Shown in pieces: positions 44,520 to 59,627 of a stretch of DNA of 64,000 bases. The stretch lies in assembly GCF_009834535.1 (NCBI RefSeq), contig NC_045696.1:57228001-57292000 (forward strand). The letters run 5' to 3'. The translations under genes and the position numbers were made by a program. Each line of letters begins with the position of its first letter. Position 1 is the first letter of the stretch. The DNA is from Camelus ferus. Lineage: Eukaryota. Below the pieces are notes generated by a model. That model had not been told where the DNA came from and did not search any database. It worked only from the letters and a program-made list of their open reading frames with translations.

Positions 44520-45600
44520 CTATTCATTCAACTAATAGTGATTGACCTCCAACCCACAGGTAATAGGAATATAATCGTGAGCAAAAGAAAGTCCAAGTCT
44601 GAAGGGGTTTAGGTCTCACTGGGGAAACGTATTAAAGAACTAAACAAACAAATGTAACATATAATCATAAGATGCACTATAAAACAGAGTTTTCATAGTG
44701 TTCTGAAGCCTCGTATTTGACATAAATTTGACAGAAAGATCTGAAAGAAAGGTTTCCCTGAGAAAATGATGATTTAGCTGACATGGGAAGAAGGGGAAGC
44801 ATTATCTCAATGAAAGGTAACTGAGGGGGCAGAGGACACATTTCAGGCAGAACAAAGAGCACATGTAAATACTGTAGTGGCCCAGCAAGTTCTCAAAACT
44901 GGAGATTCAGTGTGTGTAACTGGATTAATTCATTCATTTATCCATTCACTCATTAAGGAAATATTTAACGTGTGCCAATACTGTTCTAGGTGCTGGGGAT
45001 GGAGAACAAAGCAGAAAAAAAGCTTTGCCCTCAGAGTGTTTCTATTCCAATAGGAAGAGACAGATAATAAAAACAAGATAAGTAAAACACATAATATGTT
45101 TAATTTTGGTAAGTGCAAAGGAGAAAAATAAAACAGGGAAAATAGGAACCAACGGGAAGACACTAATTTAAATAAGGTAACAAGGGCAGGTCTGAGAAAG
45201 TAACATTTGAGTGAAGGTTCAAAGGTGAAACCCTACTGATGCCTGGTGGGTAAAGCATTCCAGACAAAGAGAACCTGAGGTGGCAGATTCTTGGCATATT
45301 ATGGAATAGCAAAGAGGCCATGGAGTAAGACGGAATACAGAAAGTGAAGTCGGAGCACTAAGGGGGTGGGGCAGATCATAGAGGGGTTTATAGGCAACTT
45401 TAACCATGTTGGCTTTCATTCTAAATGAAGTAGGGAACCATCACAAATTTATGAGCAGAATGGTTACATGATATGGTGTTCATTTCAAATAGATCACAAG
45501 GTCTTGATTTAAGTATAGACTGAAGGGGACCAAGCTAGGAAGCAGAGAGATCAATTGTGGGGCTATTTCAGTAATCCAAGGAAGAGTTGAAAATGATTTA
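44520..45600 (-). mobile_element. L2 fragments (two nested 3' ends)
   Basis: ttcattca(ttca) termini at about 44525 and 44930, followed by purine-rich L2 body. Confidence 0.65.
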
Positions 45601-46514
45601 AATAAGGTGAAGGCATAGACAATGTAATGAAAGAAAAAAATTAACAGGACAGTAAATGAATGTGTTTACATATATATTTATTGAGGTAACCAAGGCACAG
45701 TCAGGTGAAATTTGGGATACAGAGCAAAGGAACTAAGTAAGATTCCATGCCAGGCATGCAGAGGCTACAAGTGCATACTTATGAGGGTACTGAAACGCAT
45801 GAATTTAGTCCTATTCCCAGCTCTAAACCTACCCTTAACTATTTCAGTACATAGAGGCACACCTCTGCAAAAACATAGATGCCTCATTCCACAGATGGTG
45901 AGTCAGTTCTTTAACCTCAGGACAGAAGAATCAGGCTTAGAAAAATACTGTGAACTAAAACTTTAAGTGTATTTAGGGGAGTGAGAGGAAATTTATCATT
46001 TATCAAGCACTTTCTAGATGCTAGGCAAATTTTAAAAATCATATTTTATTCTTTGAATACTAAAGGTAAGTCTTTTATTCCATTTTATAGATTAAGATAC
46101 TACGTTCAGAGAAGTTATGTGATTCAACTAATATCATAGGCATATCAAGTATCAGAGGTAGGTCTGTCTGACTCCAAAAATGTTTCTTTCCATTCTACTA
46201 TTTTATATCACTTAACAAAAGGTCAATTTTCCATATTAGTATTTAGTGTAAACTTAGCCATAAGAAAATATTTTCTCAGTTAGAAAGAAAAATCTTACAA
46301 AATTGTATTATTTTTTATTACTTAACACTTACAAGAAGTGATAATATTTAAACTGAAGACACAACTACATTTCCTCTCTCATCACCACCACCAATTCCTC
46401 AAGATGAAACTGATTAGCTTAATATTAGTAATCCTTCTAATGGATATGTAATGCATATTCAATTACTTTGCACCATCTAATTTACTTAATTCAAAAACTG
46501 TTAACAACTTGCTA

Positions 46515-46844
<330 letters not shown>

Positions 46845-46999
46845 TCATGCCCTTTGGTACATAAATGCATACATTTCTCTAGGGTATATACCTAGGAGTA
46901 AAATTGCTAGGTCACAGATTATTTTCAATTTTATTAAATAATCTCAAACTGTTTTCCAGAGACACTGTACCAAAGTACCATCTCCACAATCTATGTGTT

Positions 47000-49445
47000 T
47001 TTTTCATTTATTGAGATATAATTGACATACATCACTGTATAAGTTTAAAGTGTACACCATAATGATTTGACTTACATACACCATGAAAAGATCACAATGT
47101 TTAGAAAACATCCATCATCTCATATAAATACAACATTTAAAAAAATAGAAAAAAAATTCCTTGTGATAAGAACTCTTAGGATTTACTCTCAACAACTTTC
47201 ATATATAATATACAGCAGTGTTAATTATATGTATCATGTTGTACACTATATGCCTAGCATTTATTTATCATATAACTGGAAGTTAGTACCTTTTGACTGC
47301 CTTCATACAAATGTCCCTCCCCCCACTCCTGCCTCTGGTAACCACAAATCTGATCTCTTTTTCTGAGTTTGTTTTTGAAATATAAATACCTACACCACTA
47401 TGTTATTTTCTCTTATACAGCATGGTGATTTCATATTTCTATACATTTCAAAATGATCACTGTAACTCAAGTTACAATGTCATCATACAAAGATAATACA
47501 TATTGACTATATTCCCCACACTGTACATTTCACATCCATGATTCATTTATTTGCAAGTGCAAATCTGTACCTCTTAATCTCCCTCATCTATTTCTTCCCT
47601 TCCCCCACCCCTAACCCTCTGGCAACCATCTGTTCTGTTTTTTAGATTCTACATATAAGTGAAATCATATAGTATTTGTCTTTCTCTGTCTCACTTTTTT
47701 CACTTAGCTAATTCCCTCTAGGTTCGATCACGCTGTTGCAAATGGCAAGATTTCCTTCTTTCTCATGGCTGAATAATATTTCATTGTACATAAATACACA
47801 TTTTCTTTATCCATTCATCTACTGAATCTGTTGATGGGCATTTAGGTTGCTTCCATATCTTAATTATTATAAATAATGCTGCAATGAACCTAGGGGAGCA
47901 TATATCTTTTTTGAATTAGTGTTTTTGTTTTCTTCAGATAAATATCCAAAGGGTAGAATCGCTGGATCATATGGCAGTTCTATTTTTAATTTTTTGAGGA
48001 ATCTCCATCATGGCTGCAACCAACTGAAATTCCCACCAACAGTGCACAAAGGTTCCTTTTTCTCCACATCCTTTGTCAACACTTGTTATTTGCTGTTTGA
48101 TAACAGCCATTCCAACAGATGTGAAGTGATACCTCATTACAGTTTTGATTTGTATCTCCCTGATCATTAGCGATGTTAAGCAACTTTTCACGTGCCTATC
48201 GGCCATCTGTATGTCTTCCTTGGAAAAATGTCTTATGTATTTAGATCCTCTGCCCATTTTTTAATCAGATTGTTTTTTTTTTTTTTTTGATGTTGATTTA
48301 CATGAGCTTTTCACATTTCTTAGATTAATCATCCCTTATTGGAGACAGCATTTGCAAATATCTTCACTCATTTAGTACGCAGCCTTTTTGTTCTGTTGAT
48401 AGTTTCCTTTCCTGTACAAAACCTTTTTAGTTTTATGTAGTCACATTTATTTTTGCTTTTGCTTCCCTTACCTGAGGAGACATACTGAAAAATTAAGACA
48501 GATATCAAAAAGTGTACTGCTTATGTTTTCTTCAAGAAGTTTTATGGTTTCAGATCTTACATTTAAGTCTTTAATCCATTTTAAATTTATTTGTGAGCAT
48601 GGTGTGAGAGTAGTCCAGTTTTCCCAACACTGTTTATTGAAAAGGCTGTCTTTTCCCCATTGTATACTTTTGCCTCCTTTGTCATAGATTAATTGCCCAT
48701 TTAAGTGTGGGTTTACTTCTGGGCTTTCTAATCTCTTCCATAGATCTATGTGTCTGTTTCTGTGACAGTACCATACTGTTTTGATTACTGTAGCTTTGAA
48801 ATCAGGGAGTGGGATACCTCCAGGTTTGTTCTTCTTTCTCAAGATTGCTTTGGCTATTTGGGATCTTTTTTGTTTCCATACAAATTTTAGAATTATTTGT
48901 TCTAGTTCTGGAAAAAATGCCACTGGTATTTTGATAGGGATTGCTCTGAATCTATAGATTGCCTTGGGTAGTACGATCATTTTAACAATATTAATTCTTC
49001 CAATCCATGAACACAGTATATCTTTCCATCTGTTTGTGTTGCCTTCAATTTCTTTCATCAGCATCTTATAGTTTTCCAAGTACAAGTCTTCTACCTCCTT
49101 AGTTAGATTTATTTCTAGGATTTTTATTCTTTTTGACACAATTATAAATGAGATTTTCTTAATTCCTCTTTCTAGTAATTCATTGTTAGTGCATAGAAAT
49201 GCAATAGATTTCTGTATATTAATGTTGTATCTTGCAACCTTACCAAATTGACTGATGAGTTCTAGTAGTTTTTTGGTGCTGTCTTTAGAATTTTCTATGT
49301 ATAGTACCAGGTCATCTATAAATAGTGGCAGTTTTACTTCTTCCTTTCCAATTTGGATTCCTTTTATTTCTTTTTCTTGTCTGATTGCTGTAGCTAGGAC
49401 TTCCAACAGTATACTGAATACAGATGGTGAGAGTAGGCATCCCAT
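47000..49445 (-). mobile_element. L1, 5'-truncated (RT to 3' UTR), nested in an older L1; sense to POLQ in intron 5
   Basis: 336-aa ORF 48468..49478 is L1 ORF2 RT (GCLLSP..LFIDD); 3' UTR and AATAAA near 47010. Confidence 0.93.
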
Positions 49446-51188
49446 GTGTGTTTTATTGTTCCACATCTTTGTCACCACTTAGTGTTGTCAATATGTTAGC
49501 CTTTTTGGACAGTGTGTGGTAAATCTCTTTGAAGAGGTAACTTACATTTCCTTGATTACTAATGAGATTAAGCACCATTTCATGTTTTGGGACCATTTAG
49601 ATACCCTCTTATGAATGCCTGTTCAAGTTCCTTGACCACTGATATTAGGCTGTATTTTTTTCTCATTGATTTGTAAAATATTTTTAATGTTTTGGATAAT
49701 GACTTTCCTCTTTCATTAATTTTTGCTTTTGTCTTTATTGTTTTTTTTTTCCTTCTACTTTCTGTGGTATTATTTTACTATTCTTTTTCTTTTGAGTTCT
49801 TGAGATGGGTAAGTCATTAATTTTTCAATCTCTTTTCTTTAATAATATATACACTTTATACTATCAATTTCCCTTTAAAAACAACTCTAGCTGCATTTCA
49901 GATTTTGTGAGGAAGAAAAAGAGCTCCTAAAAACTCCCAGAGAAAAACCTGTAAATGTATACAAAGGATGAGGATCAGCATGGCACTGAATTTCTCAACA
50001 GTAACAAGAAAAATGAAGTAATATCTTGAAAACTGAAAGAAAAACACTTAAAATCTTGACTCTTATACCTGAAAAATCTATGAAATAACTATGTGGCATT
50101 TTTAGACATGCTAATTTTCAAAAAAAGTATATCCATAATAGCCTGTACATTGAAATAAAGTGGAATTTCCTGGAAGATATCACCACTAAAATGAGGAGGA
50201 TAAATCAAGAAAAAGACATGTGATCACAAAAAAGTGGGCTCTGACTCAAGCAAAAAGCAATGGGAATGAATGATAATGATAGAAAGAGATCCCAAGATAA
50301 CTGTTGTGCATCACATATATAGATTAACCACCTTTCTAAATTAGAACAACTCAGAAAGCTTTAAGATAAACTTCTTCAAGAAAATGAATTTGGTAGAATA
50401 GTAAATGCATTGGAACATATTGGGTAGATTTATACAAGTGGGGAAGAGGTGGGATAAATCAGTGATAAGCTCATAGAAAACCAAGCCATCAAACAAAAAA
50501 GATACTTACTAATTTCAGAGAAAATGATTCTAAAGTTATTTAGAAAGTAAAATTAATCATAATATATTCCATGGCATTTACATAGTTATAATAGTGTAAC
50601 CTTGAATACTGATTTAAGCAAAATTAGGACATAGCTATATTTGGAGAATGGGAAGATAATGAGAAGACAGAGACTGGTGGTGTGGAGGAAGAGATCGGGT
50701 GGGGTGAGAAAAGAATATAAAAAAGAGCTAGATCATCTTTCATAGGAAGAAGTCCATATATAATGTGTAAAACTAAAAACTCAAGAAGCTGTATTTAGAG
50801 ATATCACTGTAAGTACATTTTTTAAAAAGCCATAAGAGCTGAAAATAGTTGCCTCTACAAAGTAAAGGATAAAGAAATGCTACTTTTCATATTTAGCTTT
50901 GAGTGCTTAAATAAGATGTGTATATATTTGACAAATAGAAAAATTGGATTTTAAAAATCCTATCATAAAAGTGTGAGCAGTCAGAAATTTAAGAATGCTT
51001 TCAAAATAATCTAAAATCACTCTCAGTCTTAAGTACTTCTTTTGGAACAAAAATGAACTGCTGTACATGAGTTTATTCTACATAAGTATTACTCTCTTTT
51101 AATTTAACTCCTACTTACTATGCACTGTTGAAAAACACTTCTTCAACATCATCTGGAATCTCAGGAACTTAGTTATTTCAGGTACTCA

Positions 51189-51335
<147 letters not shown>

Positions 51336-52883
51336 TCAAATTCCAAGAAGAATTTTAAAAGACTCAGTACCTTATACCTTATACCGTATGTAGCTGTCAT
51401 TCCAATACAGTTGCAGATGACATAAATTTCTAACCATAAAACAAAAATTAGATTCCACTTAATGGGCAATTATTTTCCAAGATATTTCAAGTATCAAGTG
51501 GTCTTACTACAATGTATTCTGGATCTAAAAATCAATGATTAGCTAACTCTGCCTCTCATTACTCAGGCACTTCTTAATTGGCAACCTTGTAGAAATACAC
51601 ATACAATGAGAATCAAAGACATCTATGACAATTATTCAGTGGGTTGACTTTTCTATGAGGAAAATAGCCAAAGCAACCATACTGATGTTAGCAAGTTGCT
51701 TACAAAAACAGCTTCAGATTAAGAAAAAAGAAATTATTTTAAGGGATGTTTTTGTTTGATTATGGTAGGCTAGTGACTCACCCTATTATAAAACGTAAGT
51801 GTGATCATAATTCCCTTCTCCCCTACTTGGAGAATTAAACCAGTCTATGCACTTGGAATAATGCTCAAGAATTACTGAACATTTATTATCAACCAAGACT
51901 TTTTTTTTTACTTTATTAAAACCACCAATGCCTTCTTTAAACACTTTCATAACATCATAGTTTCCATGTGTACTCACGTTCCCCCTACAAAAATCAAGCT
52001 CTTTCCGACTTTTCCTAATGATAATTGATGCTCCTTTTCCTCATCAGTAAGCTATTTTCAAATCATATTGTATGATGAGTTATTTCAACATTCATTCATT
52101 CAAAAAAATATAGTTACCTAGTGTGGCAGGTACTGCGCTAGGTATACTGGATGTTAACACTTCATCTGATACAACATTTAATGTGAAAATTCTGATACAA
52201 ACTGATGAATGTGACTTCTCTCTCCAAGCTTTACAGAGCAGAGCCCATGTCTTAGTAAGCTTGATTTCAATCCCCACCCCTACCTTACCTTTACCATTTA
52301 AGTTTACCAGGATCATAATGAGTAGCTAACTGATATTCTTGCAGCTTCTATTGCTGCCACAATGGTTATTCTCTTCCTGTTGCTACCTCTACATAGTAGG
52401 CTTTCCTAAGTGATTAAAAAAAAAAAAAAAGGATTAAGATAGAAAAATTCCAAGCTCAGATACAGTGCCAGTTTCTGTAGTCCCTACCATTTCCCTACTA
52501 AACGACAGCCTCTGGGTCCAAGCCTAATCTAGATCCACTACCAGAATATGATAATAAATACATACATACACTAATTGCAGAGATGGCAGATGCTTCCTTC
52601 TATACCTGGTAAACTTTAGACAGGAAAGAAGCAATAAGAAATGACTTGAGGGCTCAAGCGATATAGATATCCTCTATGTTTTGTAAAGTGCAAAAACACA
52701 AGGAAGTAGAGTCAATACATCAGTAAGACGTAAAACCTTTTTTCACACAGTCTCTGACATTACAGATGCCAATTCTCACCTCCAGAAGTAGATGACAGAC
52801 AACAGAATAAAACATGAGACATACTGAAATCACAAAGCGCCACTCCATTCTATCAAAAAATAGCAAAAGAAAGTATACGCTTA

Positions 52884-53165
<282 letters not shown>

Positions 53166-54358
53166 TTACTGTTAGTTATTCCCAATAAAATAGCATACTT
53201 AATCAAATGAGTTCTAACAGCTCTTTATAGAATTAAAATTAGAGAAAAACTACCTTAAGCAGTAACATTTTTAATCTAATAAACCAGCAAGAACTAGCTC
53301 TTTAACATTAATATAACACTTTCAGAAACAAATTTATCCTTCATGAGGGAAATATTCTTATCCCACTAAAGATTAGTTTTTTATAGAACAGAAGAAAGAT
53401 TTTCAAATGCAGTGGGGCTTTGATGTTAATTTCTTTTAACTTCAGTTTTAACTAACATACATTCTCAATAAAAAGGATCCTTTCATCATTTTGTTACTTT
53501 GCTTTAAGTTGAAAGGATGTTACCATGTAGGACCAGCTTTGTTGGCTCTTTGGCCTCTGAAATAACTACTAAAAAGATTTATAGAACCACTGAATTTTAG
53601 AGCTGTTCATTCAATAAAACGTTTCTGAATGTTTACTGAGTTAACCCGTAGTTAACCCCATAGTTTTATTTTACCAATGAAAAACTTGAGGCCCAGCAGA
53701 TTATGTATCTGGCCTGAAGACATAGTTGGTGGCAAAACTGGGACTAGAACTCAGATTTTTTAGACTTCCAGTACAATAATCTTGCCATTCCAAAAGCACA
53801 TTTTTTCACTGCAGGAATCAGAATGTGTTCTATTTAATGAAACATTACATTGGTAAAAATGCCTTAAAGACCAGTGAGTATCATACAAACATGAACTGTT
53901 ATTCACTTTTGCAGGAGAATAGAACAGACCACAAGCCTGGAGCTTTACATAAGCACCGATGGATCTTATTCTTCATCCTCGAACATTCTCAAATGGCTCT
54001 CAATTAGGATGGGATATGCTTCCTTAAACACACATCCTTTCCATGCTTCAGTCTGGTCCTACTACTCAGTTAAGATGTTGACTATTAATTTGCACGTTTA
54101 TATGCTAATTAAAGTATTCTCCCTATTTCCTAAGGAAAAGTTTTATAAATTTTTATACAGTTTTCACCAATTACTCCTTATTTGATGATCCTTTCTCCTT
54201 TATGCGGTAATAGAAAAGTTTCTCCTCATAAATGGTCAGCTGTTAAAGCTACACTGAGATGCAATAAAAAAAACTTTATTTTCCATTTGCTTTTACAATT
54301 CTATTTCAAATGAGTAAAGCCAAAGCTGCCAATAATAGGCCTTCCACCATTAAACTTA

Positions 54359-54514
<156 letters not shown>

Positions 54515-56411
54515 TTATTCCACAAGGTTATCACAAAAATATGTAATATCTGATACACTGCATTAATAAATGTTTTAGATCATATCCAGTAATTACATAG
54601 CCTAAGACTAACCTATCATTAAGGCCCCAACTAGCATCTGAAACCTTTATACCCTGAAAAGCCCCTGACTTTAAACCAACTTTCTAAATAATCTCGCACT
54701 CAAAACAGAGTATTAAACAAATCTTTTCATCATCAATAAATGATGAATACTATTGAATACCTAGCTTATACCTAAGGATCCTTTCCTTTAAGTACTAAGT
54801 GGTTAAAAGCCCTGATTTGAGGAAGGAGATAAACAGCTTTAAGATACTGTGATAGGAGCTATGATAGAAGTTGAGGGAGAAGAGTTGGAAGGAAGTTTAT
54901 GAAAAGGAAACAGAAGTTTAAAGAAGGGAAGAAGAAAGAAATGCCAAACAGAAGAAACAGCATATGCAAAGGCCTAGAGGGAAGCCTGGTATATTCAGAT
55001 GATAGTGAGTACTTTATTAAGTATGAAATATAAAGTACAAGTGGAGGACTGAAAAAAAGAGATATGAAAGTGCCACATGAAGAAGAGGTTTATAATTCCA
55101 CCATGCAAGGAGTTTAGAATTTATCCTGAAAGCAATGTAGAGTGACTAGTGAGTTTTATGAACAGGAGGGACAAAATCATATTTGTACTTTATAGAGGCC
55201 ACTTTGGTTGCAGAAGCAAAGTAGAAGCAGAGAGAAGATAAACTTGTTACAAAGCTACTGCATCATCTAGAAGAAAGATAACAGTAAACTAGGTAATGGA
55301 AGTAAGAGAGAGTAGTAGTCAGAATCAAGATATTTGAAGTAACAGACACTGGACTTGGCTGATTATTTACTGTGAGTTGGTGACCAGATTTATGAATGAC
55401 ACCCAAGTTTTTGTTTAAGCAACTGAACTGGTCAGGCCATTCTACCACTGCCACTAAATGCCACTAGTTAGCATTTACTGAGTCTTTCCTGTGGGCCAAA
55501 AAACTTTTCTAAGCTCACTCTTTTTTCTCTCTCCCCCCACCCCCACTACTTCCCTTCTGTCTCCCTTCTCTTTCCTCTCCCACTCCTCTCTCCCAAATAA
55601 TTTGTCAGATTACACAACCAGTAAACAGCCTGAACTTACATCAGCTGATAGTGAATTCTCTAATTCTTACTGGCACCCATAATGAAATATCTGGATGACT
55701 CACAATTTCTGGAAAAACTGATACAAAGGAAGTGCACCTTACCAAGTGATTAGACTCTAAAATCAGTATACTGAGCACAGATGGTTAAAACTTACATGTC
55801 AAAGTTGCCCTTGAAAGCCCATATAAATCTTTTACAAAGTATATTACATATGGTTTTGTGTATACAATTCTGTATAAACTGGTCAATTTATAAGCATATA
55901 ATATATAATATACAATATTCACACACTGAAAAGCAACTGAGATCAACTAGAGGTACAGCAGATTTACATCTCCCACTGCACACTCACTCTGAGACATTTG
56001 TTTGTTGAGAAGAATGGCTGGCACGTAGCTCTCTTTAAATTGTCAGGTTTTTGCCTTCCCCCTGCCTGAATGGAATTTAAGTAAGTATATATCTGATGGC
56101 ATTTAGAATGATTGGAACCATTGAAAGCTTTTCCTAACAATATTAACAGAACTTCTTTGAGAATATTTTATCATTAAAGAAGTCAGTGAGATAATACTGA
56201 CAATTCTTTCTTGGACAATGCAAAAACTAAAATTGAATTCTTTTGATTTGTGAAAGCTAGAATTATGCAACTTCATTAAAGGAATTTTTACCTAATCCTT
56301 AAAAAAAGTATATATATGATGAAACTCTTCATCTATTTTAAGACTTTCTCTAGTTACAAAGCACTGTCTCACCTACTTTACTTCAATATTCTTTACATTT
56401 ATAATGCCTTA

Positions 56412-56741
<330 letters not shown>

Positions 56742-57105
56742 TTATTTAAAGTACATCCTGACAGAAAGCACAATCAACATAAGAAGTACTGGGCACTATT
56801 AGAAGTAAATCCCCTACAGGTGATGCGATTTGCCTAACTAGTACGTTGTTTCTGTAAATTAAGGTCGAAAGCCCCAGAAACTCCTTTAATATTAGTACCA
56901 GGCGGTCGCTGAATACGGGCTGAAAGCTCTCCCCTGTCAACGGAAAGTGACCTGCCGCACCAGACACGAGTCACAAACTGAGAAGGGGAGTAGAAGCCGA
57001 GTGGTCATGCAAGCGAGCCAGCCCCGCGCGGTGCGGGCACACCCCGACAAGCGGCCGGGCTGAGCTGCCCGCCTCGCCCGCCGCCCACGGAGCACCTGGG
57101 AGTAC

Positions 57106-57286
57106 CTGCAGCTCTAGCTGGCCAGCGGCCGCGGTCCTTCAGGCTGCGTCCCAGGCCCGGGGGCGGGCTGAGCACCGGCCCCGAGGGGAGCAGGAGGCTG
57201 TCACTGCTGTCACCGCCGCTCCCCGAAAAGGAGTCTGAGCCCGATGCTGAACGTCGCCGTTTCCCACTCCAGCGCGTTAGATTCAT
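57106..57286 (-). CDS. POLQ: POLQ exon 1 coding part (181 nt), MNLTRWSGKRRRSASGSDSFSGSGG...ARAA(G)
   Basis: ATG at 57286 in a CpG island; recognisable POLQ N-terminus; donor CAG|GTACTC; phase 1 fits exon 2. Confidence 0.93.
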
Positions 57287-57306
57287 CGCGAAATCTTCTC
57301 GGCCCT

Positions 57307-57378
57307 TCAGGGAAAGATACAGTCCCAGGGTCCTCCTGTTCGGGAGAAAACGGGCCTGCTGACAGATGCGGCCGCCAT
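57307..57378 (-). other. Candidate upstream ORF, 23 aa MAAASVSRPVFSRTGGPWDCIFP*
   Basis: ATG at 57378, out of frame with POLQ; TGA ends 20 nt before the main ATG. Confidence 0.55.
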
Positions 57379-57393
57379 CTACCCGCCACAGTT

Positions 57394-57408
57394 TTCAAAC
57401 TCCCGCCT
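57394..57408 (-). promoter_or_regulatory. CHR element (TTTGAA) with adjacent CDE/E2F-like GGCGGGA (DREAM/MuvB site)
   Basis: Minus strand reads AGGCGGGAG-TTTGAA, about 110 nt upstream of the ATG; typical architecture of late cell-cycle promoters. Confidence 0.7.
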
Positions 57409-58577
57409 CCCAGCCCGCCCCGGAATCACAGAGTTCTCAGTGGCGAGAGTAACCCGAGGACCATAGAGTCGTGGGGAAGGAGCGGCTCTCTTTGGTGTCT
57501 CAGACCTCCGGCCTCCCGTTTTAATTATTGGTTAGTGTAAGAGAAACAGAGTTAGACCTAAAATAAAAGGGGGAATAAAACAGACTCAGCATATGTAATC
57601 TCCAACTATAATCAGACTGGCTTAAGGTTTTTCCTTTTTGTCCATTTCTGGTTTGAATAGCAAGGTAATGCTAACTTCATAAAATGAGCTTCCGATAGTA
57701 GAATAGAGAAGGAGCTGTTTTTAACATATTGGTATTTTTAAAACAATTACTACAGGATATACGTGCAAAATATTATACAAGTAAAATTTAGGATTTCGAA
57801 TGAAGCGTAATTTACTCTCCTGGTGTATGATGATAGGGCAGAGTCTGTTTTTGTACCCAAATTCTACTTTAGCCATCACGCACTGTGAAGAATATGTGAT
57901 GGAGTCTTGGGGACTGCTGGCCGATACACCTCTCCGTAGTAAAAGGGTACTTAGAAGGGGTTCTGGATGTGCCTGAGTGATCATTCTGAGCCAAGAGCTC
58001 ATTAATGGATCTGTGCTCTATCTTTTGGCAAGGGAGAATGAAATGAACTCTGGATTTAAACGGATGCCTGTTTATTACCTAGTTGCACAATTCGTTTCAC
58101 CAAGCAAATCTAGTAAGCTAGAGGCCTGCCCTGAAGAGGTGGTGCTTTTCTATACAACTAAAAATCTCAAAAGGACCAGTCCAAAAAAGAAACTATGAAG
58201 TCTGGGAAACAGGAGAATCAACTCTCCTGTGAAAACCTACCTTGTTTAAAAAAAATTTTTGAACAATGTTCTAAAATTCCACAAGATGGAGACATTACTC
58301 CATGAAGGAATCATTTTTCTTAGTTACCTTTTATGCAGTCATTTGACTATTTATTGAGCATCTACTGTGTGCTAGGCACTGGGTGTATGGCAGGGAAATG
58401 GCATGAAATGGCTCTGGCTATCAAAGAGAAAGAGCCTAAAGAAGGAGACAGACATTAAACTAGTTAATTATTTGATAATTTTAAGTTGTACTAATGCTCA
58501 GGCAGAAAAGAACAGACTGCTCTTAAAGAAATAAAAGGGATCTTTTAGCCTGTAGTCATGGAAGAACTTTATGAGAT

Positions 58578-58790
58578 GCAGTGTAGCAGGAGGGTCAAGA
58601 GTGCAGCTCTAAAGCCAGTCAGTCTGGTTTTGAAGACTTACTAGCTGTGTGATCTTGCTAAACCCTTTGTTCATCCTTTTCCTCATCTACATGATGAAAG
58701 TAATAATAGTAACAACCTATTTGGTTATTATGAACACTAAGTTGTCAATTTGTGTAAAGTGCTTAGAACAGTACCCCAACGTAAGAAGTA
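58578..58790 (+). mobile_element. MIR SINE
   Basis: cttactagctgtgtgatcttg..ttcctcatcta..taataatagta..gtaaagtgcttagaacagt core. Confidence 0.75.
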
Positions 58791-59292
58791 CTATTCAGAG
58801 AAAATGATATATAAATATTCTAATATTGTTCCCAATCTAAATCCAGCATTTTAATGGGAAAAGAATAAGCTAAAGAAATATCTCTCACAAAGTTATTCTA
58901 TTTTTATTAAGTGAAGAGAGAAAGTGAGAAAAATAATTAGGGAGAAATTGAAAGGAATGGTTTGTGTCATCCTACTAAAAAGATAGAAGATAACTTAAAA
59001 TTTACAGTTTATTTCAAACATTCAATATAAATTTCTAATTTAAAAAACTCTTAGAAAATAGGAAAGAAAAGATTACTTCTCAAAAATATTTAATATTTTA
59101 TGCTAATAGTTACCATAATAATTAATGCTAATACACCTGAAGTATTTCCCACCTGTTTTTTGTGTCTGAACTTGAGTTCCTTGGAATTATATCTGTTGTA
59201 ATTCTTGGAGGTCTCCATTGAAGACCTTGAAAAAATTTTCACACGTAGTTTTGCTAGTTATCTGGGAGACGTACAAATTGTGACCTATTTTA

Positions 59293-59470
59293 TTTATTTA
59301 TTTTTTGTTTGGTTGGTTTTTTTGTTTGTATGTCCTGGGGGGGAGGTAATTTGGTTTATGTATTTATTTATTATTTTTTTAATTTAATAGAGGTACTGGA
59401 GATTGAACCCATGACCTCATGCATGCTAAGCATGCACTCTACCACTGGGCTATATGCTGGCCCCCTCCCC
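59293..59470 (-). mobile_element. Vic-1-like SINE
   Basis: Reverse A/B boxes; TSD tg(a/g)cctatttta. Confidence 0.9.
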
Positions 59471-59627
59471 TGGCCTATTTTAACCATAGTCTCTGGGTTG
59501 GCTTTTCTTTAAAATATTGAAGTAGTAGAGTGATGTTAGACACCCAGAGCCATATTTGGACAGCTTCCATACTCACCATCTCAATCTTCAGATCAGAGAT
59601 TTCTCTGCTTTACTTATTGCAGGGGAT

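Larger units (their letters stand above)
56990..57520 (-). promoter_or_regulatory. POLQ: CpG island / POLQ promoter and 5' leader
   Basis: The only markedly CpG-dense, GC-rich stretch in the window; spans exon 1; contains GGGCGG boxes. Confidence 0.88.
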
